Counted from the first letter of the stretch, positions 19,443 to 31,973 are shown. The stretch: 64,000 nt of DNA from an uncultured Monoglobus sp. (GCA_947630505.1 CANRHV010000006.1:2589-66588), one strand, 5' to 3'. Notes: generated by a model from the letters alone, not told the origin. Translations and numbers: made by a program.

Positions 19443-20522
19443 TTATCCGATATACTTTACTATTATATCGCCCATTTCTTTGGTTCCGAGAAGCTTTCCG
19501 CCCTCGTCCATGATATCGGCGGTTCTGTAACCGTCATTTAACACGTTTGTGACAGCATCCTCGATATTTTTGGCTTCCTCCATAAGCCCGAAGCTGTCGC
19601 GCAGCATCATGGCGCAGGACAGGATCGTAGCGATCGGGTTCGCTATATTTTTGCCCGCAATATCGGGAGCGCTGCCGTGGATGGGCTCATACATTCCGAG
19701 CGAGCTGTCGCCGAGAGACGATGAGGGCAACATTCCGATCGAGCCTGTTGTCATGCTTGCCTCGTCGGAAAGAATGTCGCCGAACATATTCTCGGTCACG
19801 ATAACGTCAAACTGACCGGGATTTCTCACAAGCTGCATCGCACAGTTGTCAACCAGCATATCCGAATACTCGACCTCGGGATATTCCTTGGCGAGCTCGT
19901 GCATAGTCTCGCGCCATAGGCGAGATGTTTCGATAACGTTGGCCTTGTCAACGCTTGTCACCTTTTTGCGGTTGCGCTTCATCGCAAGCTCAAACGCTAC
20001 CTTGCCTATTCTTTTGATCTCACTTACGGCGTATTTGAGCTCGTCATAGGCTTCTTCATCGCCCGTGCTCTCGTTTCTTCTTCCTCTGTCGCCGAAATAG
20101 AGGCCTCCCGTGAGTTCGCGCACGATAACCAAATCGAGACCGCCCTCGGAAATTTCGGGCTTGAGCGGGCACGCGCCCGCAAGCGCCTCATGAAGCTTTG
20201 CGGGTCTGATATTCGCGAAAAGACCGAGCTCCGACCTGAGACCGAGGAGAGCCTTTTCGGGTCTTAAATGTCCGGGAAGCGTGTCCCACTTGGGGCCGCC
20301 GACCGCGCCCAGAAGCACCGAATCGGACGCCTTGGCTATCTTGACCGACTCCTCGGGCAGAGGCGCGCCTGTCTCGTCTATAGCGCATCCGCCCGCCAAA
20401 ATATCGGTATACTCAAAGCTGTGGCCGTATTTTTCGCCTATCTTGTCAAGAACTTTCTCGGCCTCGGTAATGATCTCGGGGCCGATTCCGTCACCTTTTA
20501 CTACTGCTAATTTTATGTTCAT
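19443..20522 (-). CDS. leuB: 3-isopropylmalate dehydrogenase
   Basis: [50 protein letters not shown]; probable ATG 20522. Confidence 0.95.
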   Translation of the reverse strand: MNIKLAVVKGDGIGPEIITEAEKVLDKIGEKYGHSFEYTDILAGGCAIDETGAPLPEESVKIAKASDSVLLGAVGGPKWDTLPGHLRPEKALLGLRSELGLFANIRPAKLHEALAGACPLKPEISEGGLDLVIVRELTGGLYFGDRGRRNESTGDEEAYDELKYAVSEIKRIGKVAFELAMKRNRKKVTSVDKANVIETSRLWRETMHELAKEYPEVEYSDMLVDNCAMQLVRNPGQFDVIVTENMFGDILSDEASMTTGSIGMLPSSSLGDSSLGMYEPIHGSAPDIAGKNIANPIATILSCAMMLRDSFGLMEEAKNIEDAVTNVLNDGYRTADIMDEGGKLLGTKEMGDIIVKYIG

Positions 20523-20590
20523 GGTAAGTTTCCTTTCTTTGTTATTATAAAGCCGATTACGCTTTTGTTCATACAAAAGAGACGTCGAGC

Positions 20591-21070
20591 CTATTTCAGC
20601 GAGTTCATCAGGCCGTTTTTGTTGATTATTTCCTTTATGAACTCCGGAAACGGCTCAGCCTTAAATTCCTTGCCGTTGGTTATGTCCTTAATAATTCCCG
20701 TGTCAAAATCAACTTCGACCTCGTCGCCGTCGTTTATATTCTCCGCGGCCTCGGGGCACTCCATGATGGGAAGTCCGATATTTATGGCGTTGCGGTAAAA
20801 AATTCTCGCGAAGGTAGCCGCGATAACGCAGCCTATACCCGAAGCCTTGATAGCTATCGGAGCATGTTCGCGCGAGGAGCCGCAGCCGAAATTGTTGCGG
20901 GCAACCATGATATCACCCTGTTTTACGTTATTCACAAAATCCTTGTCTATATCCTCCATGCAGTGCGCCGCGAGTTCCGAAGGCTCCGAAGAATTCAGAT
21001 AGCGCGCGGGGATAATAACATCGGTGTCAACATTGTCAAGATACTTATGTACTTTGCCTTTTGCGTTCAC
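20591..21070 (-). CDS. leuD: 3-isopropylmalate dehydratase small subunit (short type)
   Basis: [37 protein letters not shown]. Confidence 0.95.
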   Translation of the reverse strand: MNAKGKVHKYLDNVDTDVIIPARYLNSSEPSELAAHCMEDIDKDFVNNVKQGDIMVARNNFGCGSSREHAPIAIKASGIGCVIAATFARIFYRNAINIGLPIMECPEAAENINDGDEVEVDFDTGIIKDITNGKEFKAEPFPEFIKEIINKNGLMNSLK

Positions 21071-21086
21071 TTGTTATTCCTCCTTT

Positions 21087-22346
21087 CTATATCTCATCGG
21101 GACCGCAGATGTATCCCTTTATTGCAGAAGCTGCCGCCACAACCGGGCTCGCCAGATAAACCTCGGACTCGGGATGACCCATTCTGCCGACAAAATTTCT
21201 GTTGGATGTGGAGATAGCTCTCTCGCCCTTGGCGAGTATGCCCATATGGCCGCCGAGACAGGGGCCGCAGGTGGGCGTTGAAATAACGCAGCCCGCGTCC
21301 ATAAATATGTCAAACAGGCCCTCTTTCATTGCCTCGCGGTATATCTTCTGTGTAGCGGGAATAATGATGGCTCTGATATTCTTAGCCACATGTTTTCCCT
21401 TAAAGATCTCGGCTGCCTTTTCAAGGTCCTCAAGACGGCCGTTTGTACATGAGCCGATCACGCATTGGTCGAGCTTGACCTCGCCTACCTCATCGATCGT
21501 TTTTGTGTTCTCGGGAAGATGCGGGAACGCGACCGTAGGCTTGAGCGCCGACAGATCAATGTCATAAACCGCATCATACTCGGCGTCGCTGTCAGCCGTG
21601 TATATTTTATACTCGCGGTCAACTCTTTCGTCAAGATATGCCTTTGTCACGTCGTCTACTTCAAATATGCCGTTTTTGCCGCCCGCCTCGATCGCCATGT
21701 TCGCCATAGTCAAACGGTCGTCTATCGACAGATATTTGAGACCGTCGCCGCTAAACTCCATTGATTTATAGAGCGCGCCGTCAACGCCGATCATTCCGAT
21801 TATATGCAGTATAACGTCTTTGCCCGATATCCACTTTGCGGGCTTGCCCGTAAGGTTAAATTTGAGCGCCGACGGAACCTTGAACCATGCTTCGCCGGTC
21901 GCCATTCCCGCGGCCATATCGGTCGAGCCGACGCCTGTCGAAAACGCTCCTACCGCGCCGTATGTGCAGGTGTGGGAATCCGCGCCGATTATTACCTCGC
22001 CGGGAGCCACAAGACCTTTTTCGGGAAGCAGAGCGTGCTCAACACCCATCTCTCCAACGTCATAAAAATTGGTAACGTCTTTATCTCCGGCGAACTCACG
22101 GCACATTTTGCAGTGCTCAGCCGACTTTATATCCTTGTTGGGCGTGAAATGGTCAAGCACGATCGAAACCTTGTCTTTGTCAAAAACCTTGTCAAATCCC
22201 GCCGCCTTAAATTCCTTGATGGCAACGGGCGTGGTAACATCATTTCCAAGAACCATGTCAAGCTTTGCTTTGATAAGCTGTCCGGCTTTAACGCTTTCAA
22301 GTCCCGCGTGGTCAGCCAGGATTTTTTGTGTCATTGTCATGCCCAT
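21087..22346 (-). CDS. leuC: 3-isopropylmalate dehydratase large subunit (short type)
   Basis: [22 protein letters not shown] Fe-S cysteines, [10 protein letters not shown]. Confidence 0.95.
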   Translation of the reverse strand: MGMTMTQKILADHAGLESVKAGQLIKAKLDMVLGNDVTTPVAIKEFKAAGFDKVFDKDKVSIVLDHFTPNKDIKSAEHCKMCREFAGDKDVTNFYDVGEMGVEHALLPEKGLVAPGEVIIGADSHTCTYGAVGAFSTGVGSTDMAAGMATGEAWFKVPSALKFNLTGKPAKWISGKDVILHIIGMIGVDGALYKSMEFSGDGLKYLSIDDRLTMANMAIEAGGKNGIFEVDDVTKAYLDERVDREYKIYTADSDAEYDAVYDIDLSALKPTVAFPHLPENTKTIDEVGEVKLDQCVIGSCTNGRLEDLEKAAEIFKGKHVAKNIRAIIIPATQKIYREAMKEGLFDIFMDAGCVISTPTCGPCLGGHMGILAKGERAISTSNRNFVGRMGHPESEVYLASPVVAAASAIKGYICGPDEI

Positions 22347-22350
22347 ATTT

Positions 22351-23946
22351 TTATTCCTCCTTCATTAACTTATATTCAACCGATTCAACCAGCGCGATCC
22401 ACGAGGCCGCTATAACGTCTTCCGAAACGCCGACGGTCGTCCAGCTCCCGGTCTCGTCTCTGCTTTCTATCAGAACGCGTACCTTGGCGCCGGTCGCTTG
22501 CTGCGGCTCGAGAACTCTTACCTTGTAGTCGGTCAGATGCACGTCGCTTAGCTCCGGATAAAAACCCTCAAGCACACGCCGCAGCGCGTTGTCTAGAGCG
22601 TGCACAGGACCGTTTCCCTCCGCGGCGGTTATCTCGGTTTTATCGCCTACCGTGATCTTAATTATCGCGGAGGCGCTGAAATCGTTTTCCTCGGGCTCGA
22701 CTATCGTTTTAAAATAGTTGAGCGTGAAATAGTTTTTCTTTTGCTTTAAAACGTCTTTGACTAACAGTTCAAAGCTGGCCTCCGCCGCCTCGAACGAGTA
22801 GCCCTCATATTCAAGCTGCTTTACTCTCGCGCAGATCTCGGCGATCTCGGGGGAGTCCTTGGTAAGCTCGGGGGCTATTTTGCTGATTTTTTTCAGCACA
22901 GTTCCCCGACCCGCGACCTCGCTCATCAAAAATCTGCGCTCGTTGCCTATGCTCTCGGGTGCAATGTGTTCAAACGACGCCGATTCTTTAGCCACCGCGT
23001 CAATGTGCATTCCCGCTTTGTGCGAAAACGCCGAGCCGCCAACATAAGGCATACCCTTAAAGAGTGATAAATTCGCGATCTCGGATATCCATCTTGCTGT
23101 CCTTGTGAAACGCTCAAGGTTCTTTTCGGGCACGCAGCGGTAATCCTGCTTTATTTGCAGGTTGGGTATTACGGTGGATAAATTTGCGTTTCCGCATCTT
23201 TCTCCGTATCCCAGATATGTGCCCTGGACATGTCTTGCCCCCGCCTTTACCGCTGCCAGAGAATTGGCCGCCGCGCATCCGCTGTCGTTATGGCAATGTA
23301 TTCCAATAACGATATCGGGAAACTCCGCGCAGGTCGCCGCGGTTATCCGCTCGACCTCGTCGGGAAGGCAGCCACCGTTGGTTTCACATAAAACAATTCT
23401 GTCGGCGCCCGCGTCGATTGCGGCCTTTAGCGCTGATTTGGCATATTCGGGATTGCGTTTGAATCCGTCAAAATAATGCTCGGCGTCAAATATTACCTCT
23501 TTTTTGTGAGCTTTGAAAAATTTGACCGTGTCGTGGATCATTCGCAGATTCTCGGAAAGCGACGTTTTGATAATATCGGTCACATGAAGATCCCATGACT
23601 TTCCGAAAATCGCTATAACATCGGTATTCGCGGTAAGCAGCGATTTGCAGTTATCATCATTTTCGGGCATGATCTCTTTTCTGCATGTCGAGCCGAAAGC
23701 TACCAGACGCGCGTGCCGCATTTTGGCGCGGTCTATCGTTTCAAAAAATTCTAGGTCTTTCGGGTTTGAGCCGGGATTTCCGGCCTCTATGTAATCCGCT
23801 CCCACATAGTTGAGAGCTTTAACTATATTAAGCTTATCCTCGATCGAAAACGATATGCCCTCACCCTGGGCCCCGTCTCTTAATGTTGAGTCAAAGATCT
23901 CTATGTTTTTTTCTTCTCTGCCGCCGAGGCGGCTGTTGATATTCAA
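22351..23946 (-). CDS. cimA: Citramalate synthase (LeuA-related)
   Basis: [45 protein letters not shown] and a C-terminal regulatory domain. Confidence 0.8.
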   Translation of the reverse strand: MNINSRLGGREEKNIEIFDSTLRDGAQGEGISFSIEDKLNIVKALNYVGADYIEAGNPGSNPKDLEFFETIDRAKMRHARLVAFGSTCRKEIMPENDDNCKSLLTANTDVIAIFGKSWDLHVTDIIKTSLSENLRMIHDTVKFFKAHKKEVIFDAEHYFDGFKRNPEYAKSALKAAIDAGADRIVLCETNGGCLPDEVERITAATCAEFPDIVIGIHCHNDSGCAAANSLAAVKAGARHVQGTYLGYGERCGNANLSTVIPNLQIKQDYRCVPEKNLERFTRTARWISEIANLSLFKGMPYVGGSAFSHKAGMHIDAVAKESASFEHIAPESIGNERRFLMSEVAGRGTVLKKISKIAPELTKDSPEIAEICARVKQLEYEGYSFEAAEASFELLVKDVLKQKKNYFTLNYFKTIVEPEENDFSASAIIKITVGDKTEITAAEGNGPVHALDNALRRVLEGFYPELSDVHLTDYKVRVLEPQQATGAKVRVLIESRDETGSWTTVGVSEDVIAASWIALVESVEYKLMKEE

Positions 23947-23967
23947 ATAAACACACCTCGTTTAGAA

Positions 23968-23994
23968 AAGGCGGCGGTCGTTTGCCGCCGCCTT
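23968..23994 (-). terminator. Hairpin between ilvC and cimA (internal terminator or mRNA stabiliser)
   Basis: AAGGCGGCGG / CCGCCGCCTT 10-bp stem; on the minus strand the stem ends in a short T run followed by CT. Confidence 0.6.
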
Positions 23995-24006
23995 AAAGTC
24001 AAGAGT

Positions 24007-25002
24007 TTATTTCTCGTCGTTCCATGAATAGAGCTTTCTGATCTCTCTGCCAACATGCTCAAGCTGGTGATCAGCCTTAATTCTTCTTGTGGCGTTGAAG
24101 TGGGGACGATTAACCGCATTCTCGGTGATCCAGCTCTTGGCGAATGTTCCGTCCTGTATCTCGCTGAGAACTTTCTTCATCTCTTTCTTGGTGTCCTCGG
24201 TGATTATTCTCTTTCCTATCTCATAGTCGCCGTATTCGGCTGTGTCGGAGATCGAGTGTCTCATCTCGCCGAATCCGCCGTGATAGATAAGGTCAACGAT
24301 CAGCTTCATCTCGTGGATGCACTCGAAGTACGCGTTCTGAGGATCATAGCCCGCCTCAACCAGAGTCTCAAAGCCTGCCTCCATCAAAGCGGTAACACCG
24401 CCGCAAAGCACGCACTGCTCGCCGAACAGGTCGGTCTCGGTCTCCATCTTAAACGTTGTCTCAAGAACGCCCGCTCTCGCGCCGCCGATACCCGCGGCGT
24501 AAGCCAGACCGATATCCATAGCGTTGCCTGTGGCGTCCTGCTCAACGGCTACCAGGCAGGGAACGCCTTTGCCCGCTACATACTCGCTGCGTACCGTGTG
24601 GCCGGGTCCCTTGGGTGCGACCATTATAACGTCAACATCCTTCGGGGGAGTGATAAGCCGGAAATGGATATTGAAACCGTGGGCGAACGCCAGAACGTTT
24701 CCGGGCTCCAGGTTAGGCTTGATGTTCTCCTCATACAGCTTTGCCTGCTTCTCGTCGTTGATAAGTATCATGATTATGTCAGCCTTTTTGGCGGCTTCGT
24801 CCGAATTATAAACTTCGAATCCCGCCTCCTCTGCTACCTTCCAGGATTTGCTTCCCGGATACAGACCGATGATTACGTGAACGCCGCTCTCCTTGAGATT
24901 CAGAGCGTGGGCGTGCCCCTGGCTTCCGTAGCCGATAATCGCCACAGTCTTGTTGTTCAGCAGTCCTAAATTGCAGTCGCTTTCATGATATAATTTTGCC
25001 AT
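24007..25002 (-). CDS. ilvC: Ketol-acid reductoisomerase
   Basis: [33 protein letters not shown]. Confidence 0.97.
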   Translation of the reverse strand: MAKLYHESDCNLGLLNNKTVAIIGYGSQGHAHALNLKESGVHVIIGLYPGSKSWKVAEEAGFEVYNSDEAAKKADIIMILINDEKQAKLYEENIKPNLEPGNVLAFAHGFNIHFRLITPPKDVDVIMVAPKGPGHTVRSEYVAGKGVPCLVAVEQDATGNAMDIGLAYAAGIGGARAGVLETTFKMETETDLFGEQCVLCGGVTALMEAGFETLVEAGYDPQNAYFECIHEMKLIVDLIYHGGFGEMRHSISDTAEYGDYEIGKRIITEDTKKEMKKVLSEIQDGTFAKSWITENAVNRPHFNATRRIKADHQLEHVGREIRKLYSWNDEK

Positions 25003-25040
25003 TTATAAAACCTCCAATTATATAATAATTAATTATTTTT

Positions 25041-25598
25041 CTAATTATTTTCGCGCGCGGCCTCTTCCGCCTCCGTGGTGCTTCCGCGCTTCAAGCCGGT
25101 TAGACCGGTCCTGACTAAGCCTTCTATCTCAAACTGCTCCATAAGGTCAATAAACGCGTTTATTTTGCTGGGGCCGCCGGTGAGTTCCAGAGTCAGCAGC
25201 TTTTTGGAAACATCGACGACATTTGCTCTGAAGATCTGACAGATCTGCATTATCGCCGTTGTGTCCTTGTTATTGACTTTTATCAGCACATGCTCGCGCA
25301 GTACCGCCTGATCCTTGTGCAGCTCGCAGATATGCTTAACGTCCTCGAGCTTGGCGAGCTGGTTCTGTATCTGATGAAATGTGTTTTCATCGGCGTGGGT
25401 CACGATCGTCATGCGCGAGATCTTCGGGTCCTCGGTCTCACCGACCGAAAGGCTGTCAATATTATACATGCGGCGCGAGAAGAGACCCGCGATACGGCTC
25501 AGAACGCCTGCATGGTTCACAACATGAATAGATAAAACGTGCATTTTCTTTTTTGCCTGCTTCTTTTCGGGAACAGGATTTGTAATAATTCCGCTCAT
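25041..25598 (-). CDS. ilvN: Acetolactate synthase small subunit
   Basis: ACT domain: NHAGVLSRIAGLFSRRMYNIDSL. Confidence 0.92.
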   Translation of the reverse strand: MSGIITNPVPEKKQAKKKMHVLSIHVVNHAGVLSRIAGLFSRRMYNIDSLSVGETEDPKISRMTIVTHADENTFHQIQNQLAKLEDVKHICELHKDQAVLREHVLIKVNNKDTTAIMQICQIFRANVVDVSKKLLTLELTGGPSKINAFIDLMEQFEIEGLVRTGLTGLKRGSTTEAEEAARENN

Positions 25599-25599
25599 A

Positions 25600-27306
25600 T
25601 TATCTGACCTCCTTGCCGTCCGCTGTTATTTCAAGTATCGGCTCTTCTATAGACTCGCCGCCCGGAACCATTGGCAGAACCGCATGGTCGGGATTTATCA
25701 CGCAGTTTATGACCGTGGGCTTGGTTCTGTTTTTAAGCGCCGCGCTCAAAGCTTTTCCGAGTTCCTCGATATTTGTGACGGTATAAGCTTCCGCGCCAAG
25801 TCCCTTCGCAACCATGTCATAGTTCGTGGGCTTGTTGAGCGTGGTATGGGAGAAACGCTCTCCGTAGAACAATCTCTGCCATTGACGGACCATGCCGAGC
25901 ACGTTATTGTTCATAACAACGTCTATGATCGGCAGCTTTTGGGTCGCGGCGGTCGAAAGCTCCTGAAGATTCATGTGGAAGCAGCCGTCGCCCGAAATGT
26001 TGACAACAACGCTGTCGGGGTGAGCCGCCTGCGCTCCGATCGCCGCGCCTACGCCGTAGCCCATTGTGCCGAGACCGCCCGACGATAAAAAGTGTCTGGG
26101 CTTTTCAATCCCAAAAAACTGAGCCGCCCACATCTGATGCTGACCGACATCGGTAACAAGATATGTATTGTCTCCCGTTTGCCGCTTTATCTCTTTGATT
26201 ATTGTCTCGGGGTTAAACTCGCTGTCACTCTTGTATTTAACCGGATATTTTTCTTTCCAGCCCGCGATCTTGCTCATCCATTCGCTGTGCTTTTTCTTGT
26301 GCAAACGCTTGTTGAGCTCATCCAGCACCGCGCGCGCGTCTCCGATCAGGTACGCGTCGGTCAATATATTTTTATTTATCTCGGCTCTGTCAACGTCTAT
26401 ATGCACGATCTTGGCGCGCCTTGCGAATGTCGCGGGGTCGCATATAACTCTGTCAGAAAATCTCGAACCAATGTTTATCAAAAGGTCGCAGTGCTTGACC
26501 GCGAGTGATGTTGTCTTTGAGCCGTGCATGCCTATCATTCCGGTAAATGCGGGGTCACTCGCCGGGAAAGCGCCGAGACCCATGGTGGCAAGCGTCACGG
26601 GCGCGTCGATCGTTTTCTGGAACTTGTGCAGCTCCTTTGAGGCGCCCGAGGCGATAATACCGCCGCCCGCCATGATCAAGGGACGCTCGGCTTTTTCGAT
26701 CATCTCAATAACCTTGTCAAACGCGGCCGAGTCGCTTTCGATCTTATAGTTGTCAACTCTCTCGGGTATTTCTTTTTTGTAATCCGCTTCGCCGGCCGTC
26801 GCGTCCTTGGTGATATCAATAAGGACAGGGCCCGGTCTGCCCGAGGCGGCGATTTTAAACGCTCTTCTGAATGTGGGCGCGATCTCGTCTGCGCTCTTTA
26901 TCAAAAAGTTATGCTTTGTGACGGGCATTGTGATTCCCACAATGTCAACTTCCTGAAAGCTGTCCTTTCCGAGCAGATTATTCGCCACGTTGCATGTTAT
27001 CGCAACCATAGGGATCGAGTCCATATAAGCCGTGGCGATTCCGGTTACAAGGTTTGTGGCTCCGGGGCCCGATGTTGCCACGCAGACGCCGACTTTGCCG
27101 GTGCTTCTGGCATATCCGTCAGCCGCGTGGGCCGCGCCCTGCTCGTGAGAGGTCAGAATATGTCTGATTTTTCCAGAATATTTATAAAAAGAATCATAGA
27201 CGTTGAGTATGGCGCCTCCGGGATAGCCGAAGACGGTGTCAACGCCCTGTTCAAGCAAGCATTCCAAAACGATGTCGGCACCGTTTTTAATCATATTATA
27301 ACGCAT
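25600..27306 (-). CDS. ilvB: Acetolactate synthase large subunit
   Basis: FGYPGG, HEQGAAHAADGYAR, SGPGATN, DVGQHQMW, GDGCFHMN (TPP motif). Confidence 0.97.
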   Translation of the reverse strand: MRYNMIKNGADIVLECLLEQGVDTVFGYPGGAILNVYDSFYKYSGKIRHILTSHEQGAAHAADGYARSTGKVGVCVATSGPGATNLVTGIATAYMDSIPMVAITCNVANNLLGKDSFQEVDIVGITMPVTKHNFLIKSADEIAPTFRRAFKIAASGRPGPVLIDITKDATAGEADYKKEIPERVDNYKIESDSAAFDKVIEMIEKAERPLIMAGGGIIASGASKELHKFQKTIDAPVTLATMGLGAFPASDPAFTGMIGMHGSKTTSLAVKHCDLLINIGSRFSDRVICDPATFARRAKIVHIDVDRAEINKNILTDAYLIGDARAVLDELNKRLHKKKHSEWMSKIAGWKEKYPVKYKSDSEFNPETIIKEIKRQTGDNTYLVTDVGQHQMWAAQFFGIEKPRHFLSSGGLGTMGYGVGAAIGAQAAHPDSVVVNISGDGCFHMNLQELSTAATQKLPIIDVVMNNNVLGMVRQWQRLFYGERFSHTTLNKPTNYDMVAKGLGAEAYTVTNIEELGKALSAALKNRTKPTVINCVINPDHAVLPMVPGGESIEEPILEITADGKEVR

Positions 27307-27334
27307 CTCCTTTTCTCTTAAATACCATTTTACT

Positions 27335-27364
27335 ATTATACAACAATGATTCAGTTCTTGTCAA
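27335..27364 (-). promoter_or_regulatory. SigA-type promoter of the ilv-leu operon
   Basis: Minus strand TTGACA-18 bp-TATAAT, about 30 nt before the ilvB start. Confidence 0.65.
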
Positions 27365-27488
27365 TATATCTCACGTTAAAAATGTGACAAAATTAGTTTA
27401 TTGATAAATTATTTTTTGTGTATTTACAGATTATAAAAAATATGGTATTATTAGTGCAATCTGCGTTTTGGGCGGAAAGGGAGATTTT

Positions 27489-28028
27489 ATGAAAAAATTA
27501 CTTGAAATGTTTATAACCTTCGCGAAAGTCGGAGTGATGACTTTCGGCGGCGGGTACGCCATGCTGCCGATCCTTGAGCGCGAGGTCGTGTCAACCAAAA
27601 AATGGGCGACAAGCGAGGAGCTTTTAAACTATTTCGCCGTCGGACAATGTACGCCCGGAATAATCGCGGTCAACACCGCCACGTTTATCGGATATAAAAA
27701 CAGGGGAGTTCCCGGAGCGATATCCGCAACCGCCGGCGTTATTTTTCCGTCGCTGATCATAATAATGCTTATCGCGGCGTTTTTGCAGAATTTCGCCGAG
27801 ATCGAGTTTGTGCAGCATGCATTCGCGGGTGTCCGCGCGGTCGTGGCAGCGCTTATCATTCAGGCGGTTGTCAAGTTTTTTAAATCCGGAGTTAAGGATA
27901 TCACCGGTTTTATTATATTTATTCTCGCTTTTGTTCTGGCAGGAATTCTCGGCATATCCTCGGTATATGTCGTGATCGGGGCGCTTATAGTCGGTCTGAT
28001 CGCGGGCCGTCTCGGGAGGTGCAAATAA
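27489..28028 (+). CDS. chrA: Short-chain chromate transporter, subunit 1
   Basis: TFGGGYAML, GQCTPGIIAVN. Confidence 0.88.
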   Translation: MKKLLEMFITFAKVGVMTFGGGYAMLPILEREVVSTKKWATSEELLNYFAVGQCTPGIIAVNTATFIGYKNRGVPGAISATAGVIFPSLIIIMLIAAFLQNFAEIEFVQHAFAGVRAVVAALIIQAVVKFFKSGVKDITGFIIFILAFVLAGILGISSVYVVIGALIVGLIAGRLGRCK

Positions 28029-28600
28029 TGACATATTTGCTTTTGTTTTATGAATTCTTCAAAACCGGACTTTTCGCGGTCGGCGGCGGCCTCGCAACAC
28101 TGCCGTTTATCTATGACATGTCGGCCAGGTACCCCGAGTGGCTGTCGGTCAATGACATATCAAATATGATCGCGATTTCCGAATCGACTCCCGGCCCTAT
28201 GGGCGTAAACATGGCGACATACACGGGATACACGGTTGGCGGAGCGTTCGGCTCGGTTATAGCAACGTTTGGTCTTGTGCTGCCGTCGTTGGTTATTATC
28301 GTTATTATAGCGAAGTTTTTGCAAAAATTTCAGGAAAACAAGCTTGTGAAGCACGCGTTTTACGGCTTGCGCCCCGCTGTGGCGGGTCTTATTGCCGCCG
28401 CCGCTCTTCAGGTCATGAAGGTGGCGATACTGACGCTTGACAAATTTTCCGAAACACGCAATATACTGAACCTCGCCGATCCCAAAGGGCTTGTGATCTG
28501 CATAGTCACGCTGATATTGCTGTATCTGAAACCTTTGAAAAAGATCCACCCGATAGTGTACATCCTCTGCGGCGCGGTGATCGGAATATTTATATATTAA
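28028..28600 (+). CDS. chrA: Short-chain chromate transporter, subunit 2
   Basis: TAATG overlap with subunit 1; GLFAVGGG, SESTPGPMGVNMAT. Confidence 0.88.
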   Translation: MTYLLLFYEFFKTGLFAVGGGLATLPFIYDMSARYPEWLSVNDISNMIAISESTPGPMGVNMATYTGYTVGGAFGSVIATFGLVLPSLVIIVIIAKFLQKFQENKLVKHAFYGLRPAVAGLIAAAALQVMKVAILTLDKFSETRNILNLADPKGLVICIVTLILLYLKPLKKIHPIVYILCGAVIGIFIY

Positions 28601-28606
28601 AAAATC

Positions 28607-28628
28607 AGGGCTCCCGATCGGGAGCCCT
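28607..28628. terminator. Perfect 22-bp palindrome, probable bidirectional terminator
   Basis: AGGGCTCCCGATCGGGAGCCCT between the convergent chrA and tal genes. Confidence 0.7.
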
Positions 28629-28641
28629 AAAATTATGATTT

Positions 28642-29292
28642 TTAGTCCTTGGGAACAGTCGCCCAGTCCGCGTCGAATCTGGCAATGCCGATATCGGTAA
28701 GCGGGTGATTGAGCATCTGCATGATAACGCCGTAGGGAACGGTAGCGATGTCGCAGCCTACTCTCGCGGCGTCGATAACATGGATCGGGTTTCTGATAGA
28801 AGCGGCGATGATCTGAGTGTTGATCTCGGGATCGTTCGCAAACACGTCAACTATCTCCTCGATGAGGTTCATGCCGTCCGTGCCGATGTCGTCAAGTCTG
28901 CCTAAGAAAGGGCTAACGTATGTAGCGCCCGCCTTTGCCGCGAGAAGCGCCTGAGCCGCCGAGAAAATAAGCGTAACGTTCGTCTTGATTCCCTTGGCCG
29001 TCATCTTTTTGCACGCCATCAGGCCCTCTTTGTTAAAGGGTATCTTGATGATGATGTTCTTGTGGATCTTGGTGAGAGGGATCGCCTGCTCAACCATTTC
29101 GTCGGGGTCTTTTGCGGTAACCTCGGCGCTGATGGGGCCGTCTACGATCTGAGTGATCTCTTTTACAACGTCCTCAAATTTTCTGCCGGACTTGGCGATG
29201 AGCGAGGGGTTTGTGGTAACGCCGCTGATCACGCCCATATCGTTGACTTCTTTGATCTCGTCAACAATAGCTGTGTCGATAAATAATTTCAT
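28642..29292 (-). CDS. tal: Transaldolase / fructose-6-phosphate aldolase family
   Basis: [43 protein letters not shown]. Confidence 0.9.
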   Translation of the reverse strand: MKLFIDTAIVDEIKEVNDMGVISGVTTNPSLIAKSGRKFEDVVKEITQIVDGPISAEVTAKDPDEMVEQAIPLTKIHKNIIIKIPFNKEGLMACKKMTAKGIKTNVTLIFSAAQALLAAKAGATYVSPFLGRLDDIGTDGMNLIEEIVDVFANDPEINTQIIAASIRNPIHVIDAARVGCDIATVPYGVIMQMLNHPLTDIGIARFDADWATVPKD

Positions 29293-29308
29293 TTGAATCA
29301 ATCTCCTT

Positions 29309-30679
29309 TTATATTAATTTTTTATATTTTTCTATTAGCGCCTTGACCGTCTTTGGCGCGGGGGCGCCGATGAGCTCTCTTTGATTCACGCAAGTCTCAA
29401 GCGAGATCGCGTCGTATATATCATCATCGAAAAGCTCCGAAAAGCTCTTAAACTCCTCTAGTGAGAGCGCGTCTATAACGGTATTTTTTTCAATGCAGTA
29501 GGCCACCATTCTGCCCACAACGCCGTGCGCGTCGCGGAACGGCAAGCCTTTTTTAACAAGATAATCGGCCACGTCGGTGGCGTTGGTGAATCCTCCCTTG
29601 GCGCCGCTGAGCATCCTGTCTTTCCGAACCGTCATGGTTGCTATCATTCTCTCGAATACCGGCAGACACATTTTTACGGTGTCGATCGCGTCGAACAGCT
29701 GCTCCTTGTCCTCCTGCATATCCTTGTTGTAAGCAAGGGGAATTCCTTTCATAACGGTCAAAAGTCCAATCAGGTCGCCGTACACTCGACCTGTCTTGCC
29801 TCTGGCAAGCTCCGCGACGTCCGGATTCTTTTTCTGGGGCATTATGCTTGAGCCGGTGCTGTACGCGTCGTCCAGATCAATAAACCCGAACTCGTGCGAG
29901 CTCCAAAGAATTATTTCCTCGGAAAAACGGCTAAGATGCGTCATAATGACCGATAGATCAAACGCCAGTTCGAGCGCGAAATCCCTGTCGGAAACGCCGT
30001 CAAGGCTGTTCATGCTCACCGAGTCAAACCCGAGCTTGTCCGCCACAAATTCGCGGTCAAGGGGGTATGTGGTCCCCGCGAGCGCGCCGCTGCCGAGGGG
30101 CATTACGTTTAGCCTTTTTCGGCAGTTGTCAAGTCTTGAACTGTCGCGGTTAAACATCTCGTAATACGCCATCAGATGATGCGCCAGCGTCACGGGCTGC
30201 GCCTTTTGCAGATGGGTGTAGCCCGGCATGATCGTGTGCAGATGCTCCTCCGCCAGATCTAGCAAAGTCGCTTTGAGCGTCTCAACGTCTTTCTTTATCT
30301 CGTCAAGCTCGTCGCGGACGTACATGCGCGTGTCAAGCGCCACCTGATCGTTGCGGCTGCGGCCCGTGTGGAGCCTCTTGCCTACATCGCCGATACGCTC
30401 GATGAGTATTGTCTCAATATTCATATGTATGTCCTCGGCGTCGATCTTAAACTCGACTTTACCATCGTCAATATCTTTTTTGATCTCGCCGAGGGTCTTT
30501 ACTATAAGCTCGGAGTCCTCTTTGCTTATTATCCCCTGTCTGCCGAGCATCTCGGCATGGGCCCGGCTGCCACGTATGTCCTGAGCGTACATGCGCGAAT
30601 CGAACCTGATAGACGAGTTGAAATCGTCAACCAAAGCGTCGGTGGATTTTGAAAAGCGGCCTCCCCATAATTTTGCCAT
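29309..30679 (-). CDS. argH: Argininosuccinate lyase
   Basis: [35 protein letters not shown]. Confidence 0.97.
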   Translation of the reverse strand: MAKLWGGRFSKSTDALVDDFNSSIRFDSRMYAQDIRGSRAHAEMLGRQGIISKEDSELIVKTLGEIKKDIDDGKVEFKIDAEDIHMNIETILIERIGDVGKRLHTGRSRNDQVALDTRMYVRDELDEIKKDVETLKATLLDLAEEHLHTIMPGYTHLQKAQPVTLAHHLMAYYEMFNRDSSRLDNCRKRLNVMPLGSGALAGTTYPLDREFVADKLGFDSVSMNSLDGVSDRDFALELAFDLSVIMTHLSRFSEEIILWSSHEFGFIDLDDAYSTGSSIMPQKKNPDVAELARGKTGRVYGDLIGLLTVMKGIPLAYNKDMQEDKEQLFDAIDTVKMCLPVFERMIATMTVRKDRMLSGAKGGFTNATDVADYLVKKGLPFRDAHGVVGRMVAYCIEKNTVIDALSLEEFKSFSELFDDDIYDAISLETCVNQRELIGAPAPKTVKALIEKYKKLI

Positions 30680-31893
30680 TATTTGTCTCCCTTTTTCTTC
30701 ATTAAGGCTCTTACTTTAAGCGGCAGACCGAACAGGTTTATGAAGCCCTCGCTGTCCTTGTGGCTGTAGAGCTCGTGGCTGTCGCCGAAGCTTGCGATGT
30801 CCTCGTTGTAAAGCGAATAGGGCGATTTTGTGCCCGCGGGGGTAACGGAGCCTTTGTAGAGCTTAACGCGAACTTCGCCGGTCACTGTTTCCTCCATAGA
30901 GTCTACCATGGCGGAGAGCGCCTCGCGCAACGGTGTGTACCACTTGCCGTCATATACCAGCTCGGCGAATTTGATGGCCGCCTGGCGCTTGAAGGCCTGT
31001 GTATCGCGGTCGAGGCAGAGATATTCAAGCTCCTGGAGCGCGGCGTAAAGAATTGTGCCGCCCGGGGTCTCATACACGCCTCTTGACTTCATACCGACCA
31101 GTCTGTCCTCAACGATGTCGGCGATGCCTATGCCGTTCTTGCCGCCCAGTTCGTTGAGCTTTTCAACCAGCTCGCGCGCCTTCATCTTCTTGCCGTCCAG
31201 CGAAACGGGAACGCCCTTCTTAAATCCGATAGTAATGTATGTGGGCTCATCGGGAGCCTTTTCGGGCGATACGCCGAGTTTGAGCAGGTTGTCGAGCTGA
31301 GGCTCGTTGGCGGGATCCTCAAGGTCCATGCCCTCGTGGCTGATGTGCCAGATATTTCTGTCTCTTGAATACAAATCTTTTTTGGTTACGGGGATCTCAA
31401 TATTGTGAGCCTCGGCGTAGTCGACAGCGTCCTCTCTCGATTTGATGTCCCAAATTCTCCAGGGCGCGATTATCTTGAGCTCGGGAGCCAACGCCTTGAT
31501 TGTCAGCTCAAAGCGAACCTGATCGTTGCCCTTGCCCGTGGCGCCGTGGCAGATAGCGACCGCGCCTTCCTTTTTCGCGATCTCAACCAGCCTTCTCGCG
31601 ATGATCGGGCGTGCGTGGGATGTGCCCAACAGATACTTGCCCTCGTAAACCGCGCCGGCTTTGAGCGTGGGGAATATAAAGTCCTCAACGTACTCGTCTC
31701 TCAAATCCTCGATATAGAGCTTGAGAGCGCCCGATCTTTTGGCTCTCTCCTCAAGGCCCTCGGTCTCCTTGCCCTGACCCACGTTGCCGCATACCGCGAT
31801 AACGTCATAGTCGTAGTTCTCTTTGAGCCAAGGAATAATGATCGAGGTGTCGAGACCTCCCGAATACGCCAGTACAACTTTTTCTTTTGCCAT
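30679..31893 (-). CDS. argG: Argininosuccinate synthase
   Basis: [33 protein letters not shown]. Confidence 0.97.
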   Translation of the reverse strand: MAKEKVVLAYSGGLDTSIIIPWLKENYDYDVIAVCGNVGQGKETEGLEERAKRSGALKLYIEDLRDEYVEDFIFPTLKAGAVYEGKYLLGTSHARPIIARRLVEIAKKEGAVAICHGATGKGNDQVRFELTIKALAPELKIIAPWRIWDIKSREDAVDYAEAHNIEIPVTKKDLYSRDRNIWHISHEGMDLEDPANEPQLDNLLKLGVSPEKAPDEPTYITIGFKKGVPVSLDGKKMKARELVEKLNELGGKNGIGIADIVEDRLVGMKSRGVYETPGGTILYAALQELEYLCLDRDTQAFKRQAAIKFAELVYDGKWYTPLREALSAMVDSMEETVTGEVRVKLYKGSVTPAGTKSPYSLYNEDIASFGDSHELYSHKDSEGFINLFGLPLKVRALMKKKGDK

Positions 31894-31944
31894 TTTTATA
31901 CCTCCAATTTATGTTATGCCGCGTGGGCAAAATTATCTTTATCT

Positions 31945-31973
31945 ATTATATAACAACAAATGATGTTTTGCAA
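31945..31973 (-). promoter_or_regulatory. SigA-type promoter of argG-argH-tal
   Basis: Minus strand TTGCAA-17 bp-TATAAT. Confidence 0.65.

Noticed and set aside
22351-23946. Labelling this gene leuA
   Set aside because: Its motifs ([18 protein letters not shown]) fit the citramalate-synthase subgroup better.
24055-24969. 304-aa plus-strand ORF opposite ilvC, and similar long antisense ORFs (39996..40832, 53805..54542, 8417..9043, 21804..22415)
   Set aside because: They mirror well-conserved genes, lack an RBS and recognisable motifs, and are expected from codon bias.
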